From assembly GCF_009914755.1 (NCBI RefSeq), contig NC_060933.1: DNA of 64,000 nucleotides, one strand, 5' to 3'. A program made the translations under genes and the position numbers. The notes under the pieces are model-generated. The model ran no database searches. It saw nothing but the letters and a program-made list of their open reading frames with translations, and was not told where the DNA came from. Positions within the stretch are counted from its first letter, which is position 1. Each line of letters begins with the position of its first letter. Source of the stretch: the human T2T-CHM13v2.0 reference genome, Homo sapiens. Of the stretch, positions 15,280 to 29,400 are shown piece by piece.

Positions 15280-18200
15280 ATTCCATTCTATTAGTTTCCA
15301 TTCCATTCCATTCCCTTCCATTCCACTCTGGTTGATTCCATTCCTTTCTATTCCACTCGAATACATTCCCTCCTATTCCACTTGGAACGATTCCATTCCA
15401 TTCCATTCCATTCCATTCCATTCCATTCCATTCCATTCCATTTCGTTCCATTCCATTCTATTCCGTATCATTCTATTCCATTCCATTCCATTCCATTCCA
15501 TTCCATTGTACTCGGGTTGATTCAATTCCATTGCATTCCATTCCATTCCATTCCATTCCATTCCGTTGCATTCCATTCCTTTACATTCGGATTGATTCTA
15601 TTCAACTCCCTTACTCTCCATTACATTCCATTCCATTCGGGTTGTTCCATTCCATTCCATCCCATTCCACTCCATTCCATTGCATCGGGTTGATTGCATT
15701 CCATTCCATTCCATTCCATTCCGGATGATTCCATTCCATTGCATTCCATTCCATTCCATTCCCCTGCACTCGGGTTGATTCCATTCCATTCCATTCCAAT
15801 GCATGCCATTCCACTCGTGTTGATTCCATTCTTTCCATTCCATTCAAGTTGAATCCATTCCATTGCATGCCATTCCATTCGATTCCATTCGATTGCACTC
15901 GGGTTGATTCCATTCCATTGCATTCCATTCCATTCCATTCCATTCCATTCCATTTCGTTCCATTCCATTCCCTTACATTCGGATTGATTCTATTCAATTC
16001 CCTTACACTCCATTACATTCCATTCCATTCGGGTATTTTCCATTCCATTCCATTCCATTCCTCTCCATTCCATTGCACTCGGGTTGATTCCATTCCATTG
16101 CATTCCATTCCATTCCATTCAATTCCATTCCGTTCCATTCCATTCCATTACATTCGGATTGATTCTATTCAACTCCCTTACTCTCCATTACATTCCATTC
16201 CATTCGGGTTGTTCCATTCCATTCCATTCCATTCCACTCCATTCCATTGCACTCGGGTTTATTCCATTCCATTCCATTCCATTCCATTCCATTCCATTCC
16301 GGAAGATTCCATTCCATTGCATTCCATTCCATTCCATTCCCCTGCACTCGCGTTGATTCCATTCCATTCCATTCCATTCCATTCCATTCCATTCCATTCC
16401 ATTCCATTCCATTCCTTTCCGTTCCATTCCATTCCATTCCATTCCATTCCAATCCATTCCATTCCGTTCCGTTCCGTTCCATTCCATTCCATTCCATTCT
16501 ATTCGGGTTAATTCCATTCCATTCCATTCGATTGCAATCGAGTTGATTCCATTCCATTCTATTCCATTCCATTCCATTCCTTTGCATTCCATTACGGATG
16601 ATTCCATTCCATTGCATTCCATTCCATTCCATTCCCCTGTACTCGGGTTCATTCCATTCCATTCCATTCCAATCCATGCCATTCCACTCGTGTTGATTCC
16701 ATTCTTTCTATTCCATTCATGTTGAATCCATTCCATTGCATTCCATTCCATTCCATTACCCTGCAGTCGGGTTGATTCCATTCCATTCCATTCCATTCCA
16801 TTCCATTCCGTTCCATTCCATTCCATTCCATTGCATTCTATTCGGGTTAATTCCATTCCATTCCATTCCATTCCATTCCAATCGAGTTGATTCCATTCCA
16901 TTCCATTCCATTCCATTCCACTCCATTCCAGTCCTTTCCATTCCATTCTACTCGGGTTGATTCCAATGTATTCCTTTCCATTCCATTCCATTCCATTGCA
17001 ATCGAGTTGATTCCATTGCTTTGCATTCCATTCCATTCCATTCCATTCCATTCCGGATGATTCCATTCCATTGCATTCCATTCCATTCCATTCCCCTGCA
17101 CTCGGGTTGATTCCATTCCATTCCACTCCATTCCGTTCCATTCCATTCCATTCCACTGTATTCGGGTTAATTCCATTCCATTCCATTCCATTCCATTCCA
17201 TTCCATTCCATTCCATTACAATCGAGTTGATTCCATTCCATTCCATTCCATTCCAGTCCTTTCCATTCCATTCCACTCGGGTTGATTCCATTCTATTAGT
17301 TTCCATTCCATTCCATTCCCTTCCATTCCACTCTGGTTGATACAATTCCTTTCCATTCCACTCGAATACATTCCCTCCTATTCCACTCGGAACGATTCCA
17401 TTCAATTCCATTCCATTCCATTCCATTCCATTCCATTCCATTCCATTCCATTCCATTTCGTTCCATTCCATTCTATTCCGTATCATTCCATTCCATTCCA
17501 TTCCATTCTATTCCATTCCATTCCATTCCATTGTACTCGGGTTGATTCAATTCCATTGCATTCCATTCCATTCCGTTGCATTCCATTCCATTACATTCGG
17601 ATTGATTCTATTCAACTCCCTTACTCTCCATTACATTCCACTCCATTCGGGTTGTTCCATTCCATTCCATTCCATTCCATTCCACTCCATTCCATTGCAC
17701 TCGGGTTGATTCCATTCCATTCCATTCCATTCCATTCCATTCCATTCCATTCCATTCCGGATGATTCCATTCCATTGCATTCCGTTCCATTACATTCCCC
17801 TGCACTCGCGTTGATTCCATTCCATTCCATTCCATTCCATTCCATTCCATTCCATTACAATTCTTTCCATTCCATTCTATTCCGTACCATTCCATTCCAT
17901 TCCATACCATTCCATTCCATTCCATTCCATTCCATTCCGTTCCATTCCGTTCCATTCCATTCCATTCCATTCTATTCGGATTAATTCCATTCCATTCCAT
18001 TCCATTCCATTGCAATCTAGTTGAATCAATTGCATTTCATTCCATCCCATTCCATTCCATTCCGGAAGATTCCATTCCATTGCTTTCCATTCCATTCCAT
18101 TCCCCTGCACTCGCGTTGATTCCATTCCATTCCATTCCATTCCATTCCATTCCATCCATTCCGTTCCGTTCCGTTCCATTCCATTCCATTCCATTCCATT

Positions 18201-21200
18201 CTATTCCGTTCCGTTCCATTCCATTCCATTCCATTCTATTCGGGTTAATTCCATTCCATTCCATTCGACTGCAATCGAGTTGATTCCATTCCATTCCATT
18301 CCATTCCATTCCATTCCTTTCCATTCCATTATGGATGGTTCCATTCCATTGCATTCCATTCCATTCCATTCCCCTGTACTCGGGTTGATTCCATTCCATT
18401 CCATTCCAATCCATGCCATTCCACTCGTGTTGATTCCATTCTTTCCATTCCATTCAAGTTGAATCCATTCCATTGCATGCCATTCCATTCGATTCCATTC
18501 GATTGCACTCGGGTTGATTCCATTCCATTGCATTCCATTCCATTCCATTCCATTCCATTGCATTCCATTGCATTTCGTTCCATTCCATTCCATTACATTC
18601 GGATTGATTCTATACAATTCCCTTACACTCCATTACATTCCATTCCATTCGGGTATTTTCCATTCCATTCCATTCCATTCCTCTCCATTCCATTGCCCTC
18701 GGGTTGATTCCATTCCATTGCATTCCATTCCATTCCATTCAATTCCATTCCTTTCCATTCCATTCCATTACATTCGGATTGATTCTATTCAACTCCCTTA
18801 CTCTCCATTACATTCCATTCCATTCGGGTTGTTCCATTCCATTCCATTCCATTCCACTCCATTCCATTGCACTCGGGTTTATTCCATTCCATTCCATTCC
18901 ATTCCATTCCATTCCGGAAGATTCCATTCCATTGCATTCCATTCCATTCCATTCCCCTGCACTCGCGTTGATTCCATTCCATTCCATTCCATTCCATTCC
19001 ATTCCATTCCATTCCATTCCTTTCCGTTCCATTCCATTCCATTCCATTCCATTCCAATCCATTCCATTCCGTTCCGTTCCGTTCCATTCCATTCCATTCC
19101 ATTCTATTCGGGTTAATTCCATTCCATTCCATTCGATTGCAATCGAGTTGATTCCATTCCATTCTATTCCATTCCATTCCATTCCTTTGCATTCCATTAC
19201 GGATGATTCCATTCCATTGCATTCCATTCCATTCCATTCCCCTGTACTCGGGTTCATTCCATTCCATTCCATTCCAATCCATGCCATTCCACTCGTGTTG
19301 ATTCCATTCTTTCCATTCCATTCAAGTTGAATCCATTCCATTGCATTCCATTCCATTCCATTCCCCTGCAGTCGGGTTGATTCCATTCCATTCCATTCCA
19401 TTCCATTCCATTCCATTCCGTTCCATTCCATTCCATTCCATTCCATTCTATTCGGGTTAATTCCATTCCATTCCATTCCATTCCTTTCCATTCCATTCCA
19501 TTCCATTACAATCGTGTTGATTCCATTCCATTCAATTCCATTCCATTCCAGTCCTTTCCATTCCATTCCACTCGGGTTGATTCCATTCTATTAGTTTCCA
19601 TTCCATTCCATTCCCTTCCATTCCACTCTGGTTGATTCCATTCCTTTCCATTCCACTCGAATACATTCCCTCCTATTCCACTCGGAACGATTCCATTCCA
19701 TTCCATTCCATTCCATTCCATTCCATTCCATTCCATTTCGTTCCATTCCATTCTATTCCGTATCATTCCATTCCATTCCATTCCATTCCATTGTACTCGG
19801 GTTGATTCAATTCCATTGCATTCCATTCCATTACATTCCATTCCATTCCGTTGCATTCCATTCCTTTACATTCGGATTGATTCTATTCAACTCCCTTACT
19901 CTCCATTACATTCCATTCCATTCGGGTTGTTCCATTCCATTCCATCCCACTCCACTCCATTCCATTGCATCGGGTTGATTGCATTCCATTCCATTCCATT
20001 CCATTCCGGATGATTCCATTCCATTGCATTCCATTCCATTCCATTCCCCTGCACTCGGGTTGATTCCATTCCATTCCATTCCAATGCATGCCATTCCACT
20101 CGTGTTGATTCCATTCTTTCCATTCCATTCAAGTTGAATCCATTCCATTGCATGCCATTCCATTCGATTCCATTCGATTGCACTCGGGTTGATTCCATTC
20201 CATTGCATTCCATTCCATTCCATTCCATTCCATTCCATTTCGTTCCATTCCATTCCATTACATTCGGATTGATTCTATTCAATTCCCTTACACTCCATTA
20301 CATTCCATTCCATTCGGGTATTTTCCATTCCATTCCATTCCATTCCTCTCCATTCCATTGCACTCGGGTTGATTCCATTCCATTGCATTCCATTCCATTC
20401 CATTCAATTCCATTCCGTTCCATTCCATTCCATTACATTCGGATTGATTCTATTCAACTCCCTTACTCTCCATTACATTCCATTCCATTCGGGTTGTTCC
20501 ATTCCATTCCATTCCATTCCACTCCATTCCATTGCACTCGGGTTTATTCCATTCCATTCCATTCCATTCCATTCCATTCCGGAAGATTCCATTCCATTGC
20601 ATTCCATTCCATTCCATTCCCCTGCACTCGCGTTGATTCCATTCCATTCCATTCCATTCCATTCCATTCCATTCCATTCCTTTCCGTTCCATTCCATTCC
20701 ATTCCATTCCATTCCAATCCATTCCATTCCGTTCCGTTCCGTTCCATTCCATTCCATTCCATTCTATTCGGGTTAATCCATTCCATTCCATTCGATTGCA
20801 ATCGAGTTGATTCCATTCCATTCTATTCCATTCCATTCCATTCCTTTGCATTCCATTACGGATGATTCCATTCCATTGCATTCCATTCCATTCCATTCCC
20901 CTGTACTCGGGTTCATTCCATTCCATTCCATTCCAATCCATGCCATTCCACTCGTGTTGATTCCATTCTTTCTATTCCATTCATGTTGAATCCATTCCAT
21001 TGCATTCCATTCCATTCCATTACCCTGCAGTCGGGTTGATTCCATTCCATTCCATTCCATTCCATTCCATTCCGTTCCATTCCATTCCATTCCATTGCAT
21101 TCTATTCGGGTTAATTCCATTCCATACCATTCCATTCCATTCCAATCGAGTTGATTCCATTCCATTCCATTCCATTCCATTCCACTCCATTCCAGTCCTT

Positions 21201-24200
21201 TCCATTCCATTCTACTCGGGTTGATTCCAATGTATTCCTTTCCATTCCATTCCATTCCATTGCAATCGAGTTGATTCCATTGCTTTGCATTCCATTCCAT
21301 TCCATTCCATTCCGGATGATTCCATTCCATTGCATTCCATTCCATTCCATTCCCCTGCACTCGGGTTGATTCCATTCCATTCCACTCCATTCCGTTCCAT
21401 TCCATTCCATTCCATTGTATTCGGGTTAATTCCATTCCATTCCATTCCATTCCATTCCATTCCATTCCATTACAATCGAGTTGATTCCATTCCATTCCAT
21501 TCCATTCCAGTCCTTTCCATTCCATTCCACTCGGGTTGATTCCATTCTATTAGTTTCCATTCCATTCCATTCCCTTCCATTCCACTCTGGTTGATACAAT
21601 TCCTTTCCATTCCACTCGAATACATTCCCTCCTATTCCACTCGGAACGATTCCATTCAATTCCATTCCATTCCATTCCATTCCATTCCATTCCATTCCAT
21701 TCCATTCCATTCCATTCCATTCCATTTCGTTCCATTCCATTCTATTCCGTATCATTCCATTCCATTCCATTCCATTCTATTCCATTCCATTCCATTCCAT
21801 TGTACTCGGGTTGATTCAATTCCATTGCATTCCATTCCATTCCGTTGCATTCCATTCCATTACATTCGGATTGATTCTATTCAACTCCCTTACTCTCCAT
21901 TACATTCCACTCCATTCGGGTTGTTCCATTCCATTCCATTCCATTCCATTCCACTCCATTCCATTGCACTCGGGTTGATTCCATTCCATTCCATTCCATT
22001 CCATTCCATTCCATTCCATTCCATTCCGGATGATTCCATTCCATTGCATTCCGTTCCATTACATTCCCCTGCACTCGCGTTGATTCCATTCCATTCCATT
22101 CCATTCCATTCCATTCCATTCCATTACAATTCTTTCCATTCCATTCTATTCCGTACCATTCCATTCCATTCCATACCATTCCATTCCATTCCATTCCATT
22201 CCATTCCGTTCCATTCCGTTCCATTCCATTCCATTCCATTCTATTCAGATTAATTCCATTCCATTCCATTCCATTCCATTGCAATCTAGTTGAATCAATT
22301 GCATTTCATTCCATCCCATTCCATTCCATTCCGGAAGATTCCATTCCATTGCTTTCCATTCCATTCCATTCCCCTGCACTCGCGTTGATTCCATTCCATT
22401 CCATTCCATTCCATTCCATTCCATCCATTCCGTTCCGTTCCGTTCCATTCCATTCCATTCCATTCCATTCCATTCCGTTCCGTTCCATTCCATTCCATTC
22501 CATTCTATTCGGGTTAATTCCATTCCATTCCATTCGACTGCAATCGAGTTGATTCCATTCCATTCCATTCCATTCCATTCCATTCCTTTCCATTCCATTA
22601 TGGATGGTTCCATTCCATTGCATTCCATTCCATTCCATTCCCCTGTACTCGGGTTGATTCCATTCCATTCCATTCCAATCCATGCCATTCCACTCGTGTT
22701 GATTCCATTCTTTCCATTCCATTCAAGTTGAATCCATTCCATTGCATGCCATTCCATTCGATTCCATTCGATTGCACTCGGGTTGATTCCATTCCATTGC
22801 ATTCCATTCCATTCCATTGCATTCCATTGCATTCCATTGCATTTCGTTCCATTCCATTCCATTACATTCGGATTGATTCTATACAATTCCCTTACACTCC
22901 ATTACATTCCATTCCATTCGGGTATTTTCCATTCCATTCCATTCCATTCCTCTCCATTCCATTGCCCTCGGGTTGATTCCATTCCATTGCATTCCATTCC
23001 ATTCCATTCAATTCCATTCCTTTCCATTCCATTCCATTACATTCGGATTGATTCTATTCAACTCCCTTACTCTCCATTACATTCCATTCCATTCGGGTTG
23101 TTCCATTCCATTCCATTCCATTCCACTCCATTCCATTGCACTCGGGTTTATTCCATTCCATTCCATTCCATTCCATTCCATTCCGGAAGATTCCATTCCA
23201 TTGCATTCCATTCCATTCCATTCCCCTGCACTCGCGTTGATTCCATTCCATTCCATTCCATTCCATTCCATTCCATTCCATTCCATTCCTTTCCGTTCCA
23301 TTCCATTCCATTCCATTCCATTCCAATCCATTCCATTCCGTTCCGTTCCGTTCCATTCCATTCCATTCCATTCTATTCGGGTTAATTCCATTCCATTCCA
23401 TTCGATTGCAATCGAGTTGATTCCATTCCATTCTATTCCATTCCATTCCATTCCTTTGCATTCCATTACGGATGATTCCATTCCATTGCATTCCATTCCA
23501 TTCCATTCCCCTGTACTCGGGTTCATTCCATTCCATTCCATTCCAATCCATGCCATTCCACTCGTGTTGATTCCATTCTTTCCATTCCAGTCAAGTTGAA
23601 TCCATTCCATTGCATTCCATTCCATTCCATTCCCCTGCAGTCGGGTTGATTCCATTCCATTCCATTCCATTCCATTCCATTCCATTCCGTTCCATTCCAT
23701 TCCATTCCATTCCATTCTATTCGGGTTAATTCCATTCCATTCCATTCCATTCCTTTCCATTCCATTCCATTCCATTACAATCGTGTTGATTCCATTCCAT
23801 TCAATTCCATTCCATTCCAGTCCTTTCCATTCCATTCCACTCGGGTTGATTCCATTCTATTAGTTTCCATTCCATTCCATTCCCTTCCATTCCACTCTGG
23901 TTGATTCCATTCCTTTCCATTCCACTCGAATACATTCCCTCCTATTCCACTCGGAACGATTCCATTCCATTCCATTCCATTCCATTCCATTCCATTCCAT
24001 TCCATTTCGTTCCATTCCATTCTATTCCGTATCATTCCATTCCATTCCATTCCATTCCATTGTACTCGGGTTGATTCAATTCCATTGCATTCCATTCCAT
24101 TCCATTCCATTCCATTCCGTTGCATTCCATTCCTTTACATTCGGATTGATTCTATTCAACTCCCTTACTCTCCATTACATTCCATTCCATTCGGGTTGTT

Positions 24201-26400
24201 CCATTCCATTCCATTCCATTCCACTCCATTCCATTGCATCGGGTTGATTGCATTCCATTCCATTCCATTCCATTCCGGATGATTCCATTCCATTGCATTC
24301 CATTCCATTCCATTCCCCTGCACTCGGGTTGATTCCATTCCATTCCATTCCAATCCATGCCATTCCACTCGTGTTGATTCCATTCTTTCCATTCCATTCA
24401 AGTTGAATCCATTCCATTGCATGCCATTCCATTCGATTCCATTCGATTGCACTCGGGTTGATTCCATTCCATTGCATTCCATTCCATTCCATTCCATTCC
24501 ATTCCATTTCGTTCCATTCCATTCCATTACATTCGGATTGATTCTATTCAATTCCCTTACACTCCATTACATTCCATTCCATTCGGGTATTTTCCATTCC
24601 ATTCCATTCCATTCCTCTCCATTCCATTGCACTCGGGTTGATTCCATTCCATTGCATTCCATTCCATTCCATTCAATTCCATTCCGTTCCATTCCATTCC
24701 ATTACATTCGGATTGATTCTATTCAACTCCCTTACTCTCCATTACATTCCATTCCATTCGGGTTGTTCCATTCCATTCCATTCCATTCCACTCCATTCCA
24801 TTGCACTCGGGTTTATTCCATTCCATTCCATTCCATTCCATTCCATTCCATTCCGGAAGATTCCATTCCATTGCATTCCATTCCATTCCATTCCCCTGCA
24901 CTCGCGTTGATTCCATTCCATTCCATTCCATTCCATTCCATTCCATTCCATTCCATTCCATTCCATTCCTTTCCGTTCCATTCCATTCCATTCCATTCCA
25001 TTCCAATCCATTCCATTCCGTTCCGTTCCGTTCCATTCCATTCCATTCCATTCTATTCGGGTTAATTCCATTCCATTCCATTCGACTGCAATCGAGTTGA
25101 TTCCATTCCATTCCATTCCATTCCATTCCATTCCATTCCTTTCCATTCCATTATGGATGGTTCCATTCCATTGCTTTCCATTCCATTCCATTCCCCTGTA
25201 CTCGGGTTGATTCCATTCCATTCCATTCCAATCCATGCCATTCCACTCGTGTTGATTCCATTCTTTCCATTCCATTCAAGTTGAATCCATTCCATTGCAT
25301 GCCATTCCATTCGATTCCATTCGATTGCACTCGGGTTGATTCCATTCCATTGCATTCCATTCCATTCCATTCCATTCCATTCCATTCCATTCCATTCCAT
25401 TTCGTTCCATTCCATTCCATTACATTCGGATTGATTCTATACAATTCCCTTACACTCCATTACATTCCATTCCATTCGGGTATTTTCCATTCCATTCCAT
25501 TCCATTCCTCTCCATTCCATTGCACTCGGGTTGATTCCATTCCATTGCATTCCATTCCATTCCGTTCAATTCCATTCCGTTCCATTCCATTCCATTACAT
25601 TCGGATTGATTCTATTCAACTCCCTTACTCTCCATTACATTCCATTCCATTCGGGTTGTTCCATTCCATTCCATTCCATTCCACTCCATTCCATTGCACT
25701 CGGGTTTATTCCATTCCATTCCATTCCATTCCATTCCATTCCGGAAGATTCCATTCCATTGCATTCCATTCCATTCCATTCCCCTGCACTCGCGTTGATT
25801 CCATTCCATTCCATTCCATTCCATTCCATTCCATTCCTTTCCGTTCCATTCCATTCCATTCCATTCCATTCCAATCCATTCCATTCCGATCCGTTCCGTT
25901 CCATTCCAATCCATTCCATTCTATTCGGGTTAATTCCATTCCATTCCATTCGATTGCAATCGAGTTGAATCCATTCCATTCTATTCCATTCCACTCCATT
26001 CCTTTGCATTCCATTACGGATGATTCCATTCCATTGCATTCCATTCCATTCCATTCCCCTGTACTCGGGTTCATTCCATTCCATTCCATTCCAATCCATG
26101 CCATTCCACTCGTGTTGATTCCATTCTTTCCATTCCATTCAAGTTGAATCCATTCCATTGCATTCCATTCCATTCCATTACCCTGCAGTCGGGTTGATTC
26201 CATTCCATTCCATTCCATTCCCTTCCATTCCATTCCGTTCCATTCCATTCCATTCGATTCCATTCTATTCGGGTTAATTCCATTCCATTCCATTCCATTC
26301 CTTTCCATTCCATTCCATTCCATTACAATCGAGTTGATTCCATTCCATTCCATTCCATTCCAGTCCTTTCCATTTCATTCCACTCGGGTTGATTCCATTC
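15280..26400 (+). repeat. Higher-order tandem block, ~4.27-4.29-kb unit: two full copies plus a deleted/mosaic third copy
   Basis: Private marker GCATCGGGTTGATTGC at 15682, 19967 and 24236 (offsets 4285, 4269). CGACTGCAATC at 18266 and 22535. Near-identical ORF pairs 18704/22973, 18037/22306 and 15531/19816/24085. Confidence 0.88.
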
Positions 26401-29400
26401 TATTAGTTTCCATTCCATTCCATTCCCTTCCATTCCACTCTGGTTGATACAATTCCTTTCCATTCCACTCGAATACATTCCCTCCTATTCCACTCGGAAC
26501 GATTCCATTCCATTCCATTCCATTCCATTCCATTCCTTTCCATTCCATTCCATTTCGTTCCATTCCATTATATTCCGTATCTTCCATTCCATTCCATTCC
26601 ATTCCATTCCATTCCATTGTACTCGGGGTGATTCAATTCCATTGCATTCCATTCCATTCCGTTGCATTCCATTCCATTACATTCGGATTGATTCTATTCA
26701 ACTCCCTTACTCTCCATTACATTCCACTCCATTCGGGTTGTTCCATTCCATTCCATTCCATTCCACTCCATTCCATTGCGCTCGGGTTGATTCCATTCCA
26801 TTCCATTCCATTCCATTCCATTCCATTCCGGATGATTCCATTCCATTGCATTCCGTTCCATTACATTCCCCTGCACTCGCGTTGATTCCATTCAATTCCA
26901 TTCCATTCCATTACAATTCGTTCCATTCCATTCTATTCCGTACCATTCCATTCCATTCCATACCATTCCATTCCATTCAATTCCATTCCATTCCGTTCCA
27001 TTCCGTTCCATTCCATCCAATTCCATTCTATTCGGATTAATTCCATTCCATTCCATTCCATTCCATTCCATTCTATTCCATTCCATTGCAATCGAGTTGA
27101 ATCCATTGCATTTCATTCCATTCCATTCCATTCCATTCCATTCCGGAAGATTCCATTCCATTGCATTCCATTCCATTCCATTCCCCTGCACTCGCGTTGA
27201 TTCCATTCCATTCCATTCCATTCCATTCTGTTCCGTTCCGTTCCATTCCATTCCATTCCATTCCATTCCATTCCGTTCCATTCCATTCCATTCCATTCCA
27301 TTCCATTCCATTCCGTTCCGTTCCATTCCATTCCATTCCATTCTTTTCGGGTTAATTCCATTCCATTCCATTCGATTGCAATCGAGTTGATTCCATTCAA
27401 TTCCATTCCATTCCATTCCATTCCATTCCATTCCTTTCCATTCCATTATGGATGATTCCATTCCATTGCATTCCATTCCATTCCATTCCCCTGTACTCGG
27501 GTTGATTCCATTCCATTCCATTCCAATCCATGCCATTCCACTCGTGTTGATTCCATTCTTTCCATTCCATTAAAGTTGAATCCATTCCATTGCATTCCGT
27601 TCCATTCGATTCCATTCGATTGCACTCGGGTTTATTGCATTCCATTGCATTCCATTCCATTCCATTCCATTCCATTCCATTCCATTCCGTTCCATTCCAT
27701 TCCATTACATTCGGATTGATTCTATTCAATTCCCTTACACTCCATTACATTCCATTCCATTCGGGTAGTTTCCATTCCATTCCATTCCATTCCTCTCCAT
27801 TCCATTGAACTCGGGTTGATTCCATTCCATTGCATTCCATTCCATTCCATTCAATTCCATTCCGTTCCATTCCATTCCATTACATTCGGATTGATTCTAT
27901 TCAACTCCCTTACTCTCCATTACATTCCATTCCATTCGGGTTGTTCCATTCCATTCCATTCCATTCCACTCCATTCCATTGCACTCGGGTTTATTCCATT
28001 CCATTCCATTCCATTCCGGAAGATTCCATTCCATTGTATTCCATTCCATTCCATTTCCCTGCACTCGCGTTGATTCCATTCCATTCCATTCCATTCCATT
28101 CCATTCCATTCCATTCCATTCCTTTCCGTTCCATTCCATTCCATTCCATTCCATTCCAATCCATTCCATTCCGTTCCGTTCCGTTCCATTCCATTCCATT
28201 CCATTCTATTCGGGTTAATTCCATTCCATTCCATTCGATTGCAATCGAGTTGATTCCATTCCATTCCATTCCATTCCATTCCATTCCATTCCATTCCATT
28301 CCTTTCCATTCCATTACGGATGATTCCATTCCATTGCATTCCATTCCATTCCATTCCCCTGTACTCGGGTTGATTCCATTCCATTCCATTCCAATCCATG
28401 CCATTCCACTCGTGTTGATTCCATTCTTTCCATTCCATTCAAGTTGAATCCATTCCATTGCATTCCATTCCATTCCATTCCCCTGCAGTCGGGTTGTTTC
28501 CATTCCATTCCGTTCCATTCCATTCCATTCCATTCCGTTCCGTTCCGTTCCATTCCATTCCATTCCATTCTATTCGGGTTAATTCCATTCCATTCCATTC
28601 CATTCCATTCCATTCCAATCGAGTTGATTCCATTCCATTCCATTCCATTCCATTCCACTCCATTCCAGTCCTTTCCATTCCATTCCACTCGGGTTGATTC
28701 CAATGTATTCCTTTCCATTCCATTCCATTCCATTGCAATCGAGTTGATTCCATTGCTTTGCATTCCATTCCATTCCATTCCATTCCGGATGATTGCATTC
28801 CATTGCATTCCATTCCATTCCATTCCCCTGCACTCGGGTTGATTCCATTCCATTCCACTCCATTCCGTTCCATTCCATTCCATTCCATTGTATTCGGGTT
28901 AATTCCATTCCATTCCATTCCATTCCATTCCATTCCATTAAAATCGAGTTGATTCCATTCCATTCCATTCCATTCCAGTCCTTTCCATTCCATTCCTCTC
29001 GGGTTGATTCCATTCTATTAGTTTCCATTCCATTCCATTCCCTTCCATTCCACTCTGGTTGATTCCATTCCTTTCCATTCCACTCGAATACATTCCCTCC
29101 TATTCCACTCGGAACGATTCCATTCCATTCCATTCCATTCCATTCCATTCCATTCCATTCCATTCCATTCCATTCCATTTCGTTCCATTCCATTCTATTC
29201 CGTATCATTCCATTCCATTCCATTCCATTCCATTCCATTCCATTCCATTGTACTCGGGTTGATTAAATTCCATTGCATTCAATTCCATTCCATTCCATTC
29301 CATTCCGTTGCATTCCATTCCATTACATTCGGATTGATTCTATTCAACTCCATTACTCTCCATTCCATTCCATTCCATTCGGGTTGTTCCATTCCATTCC

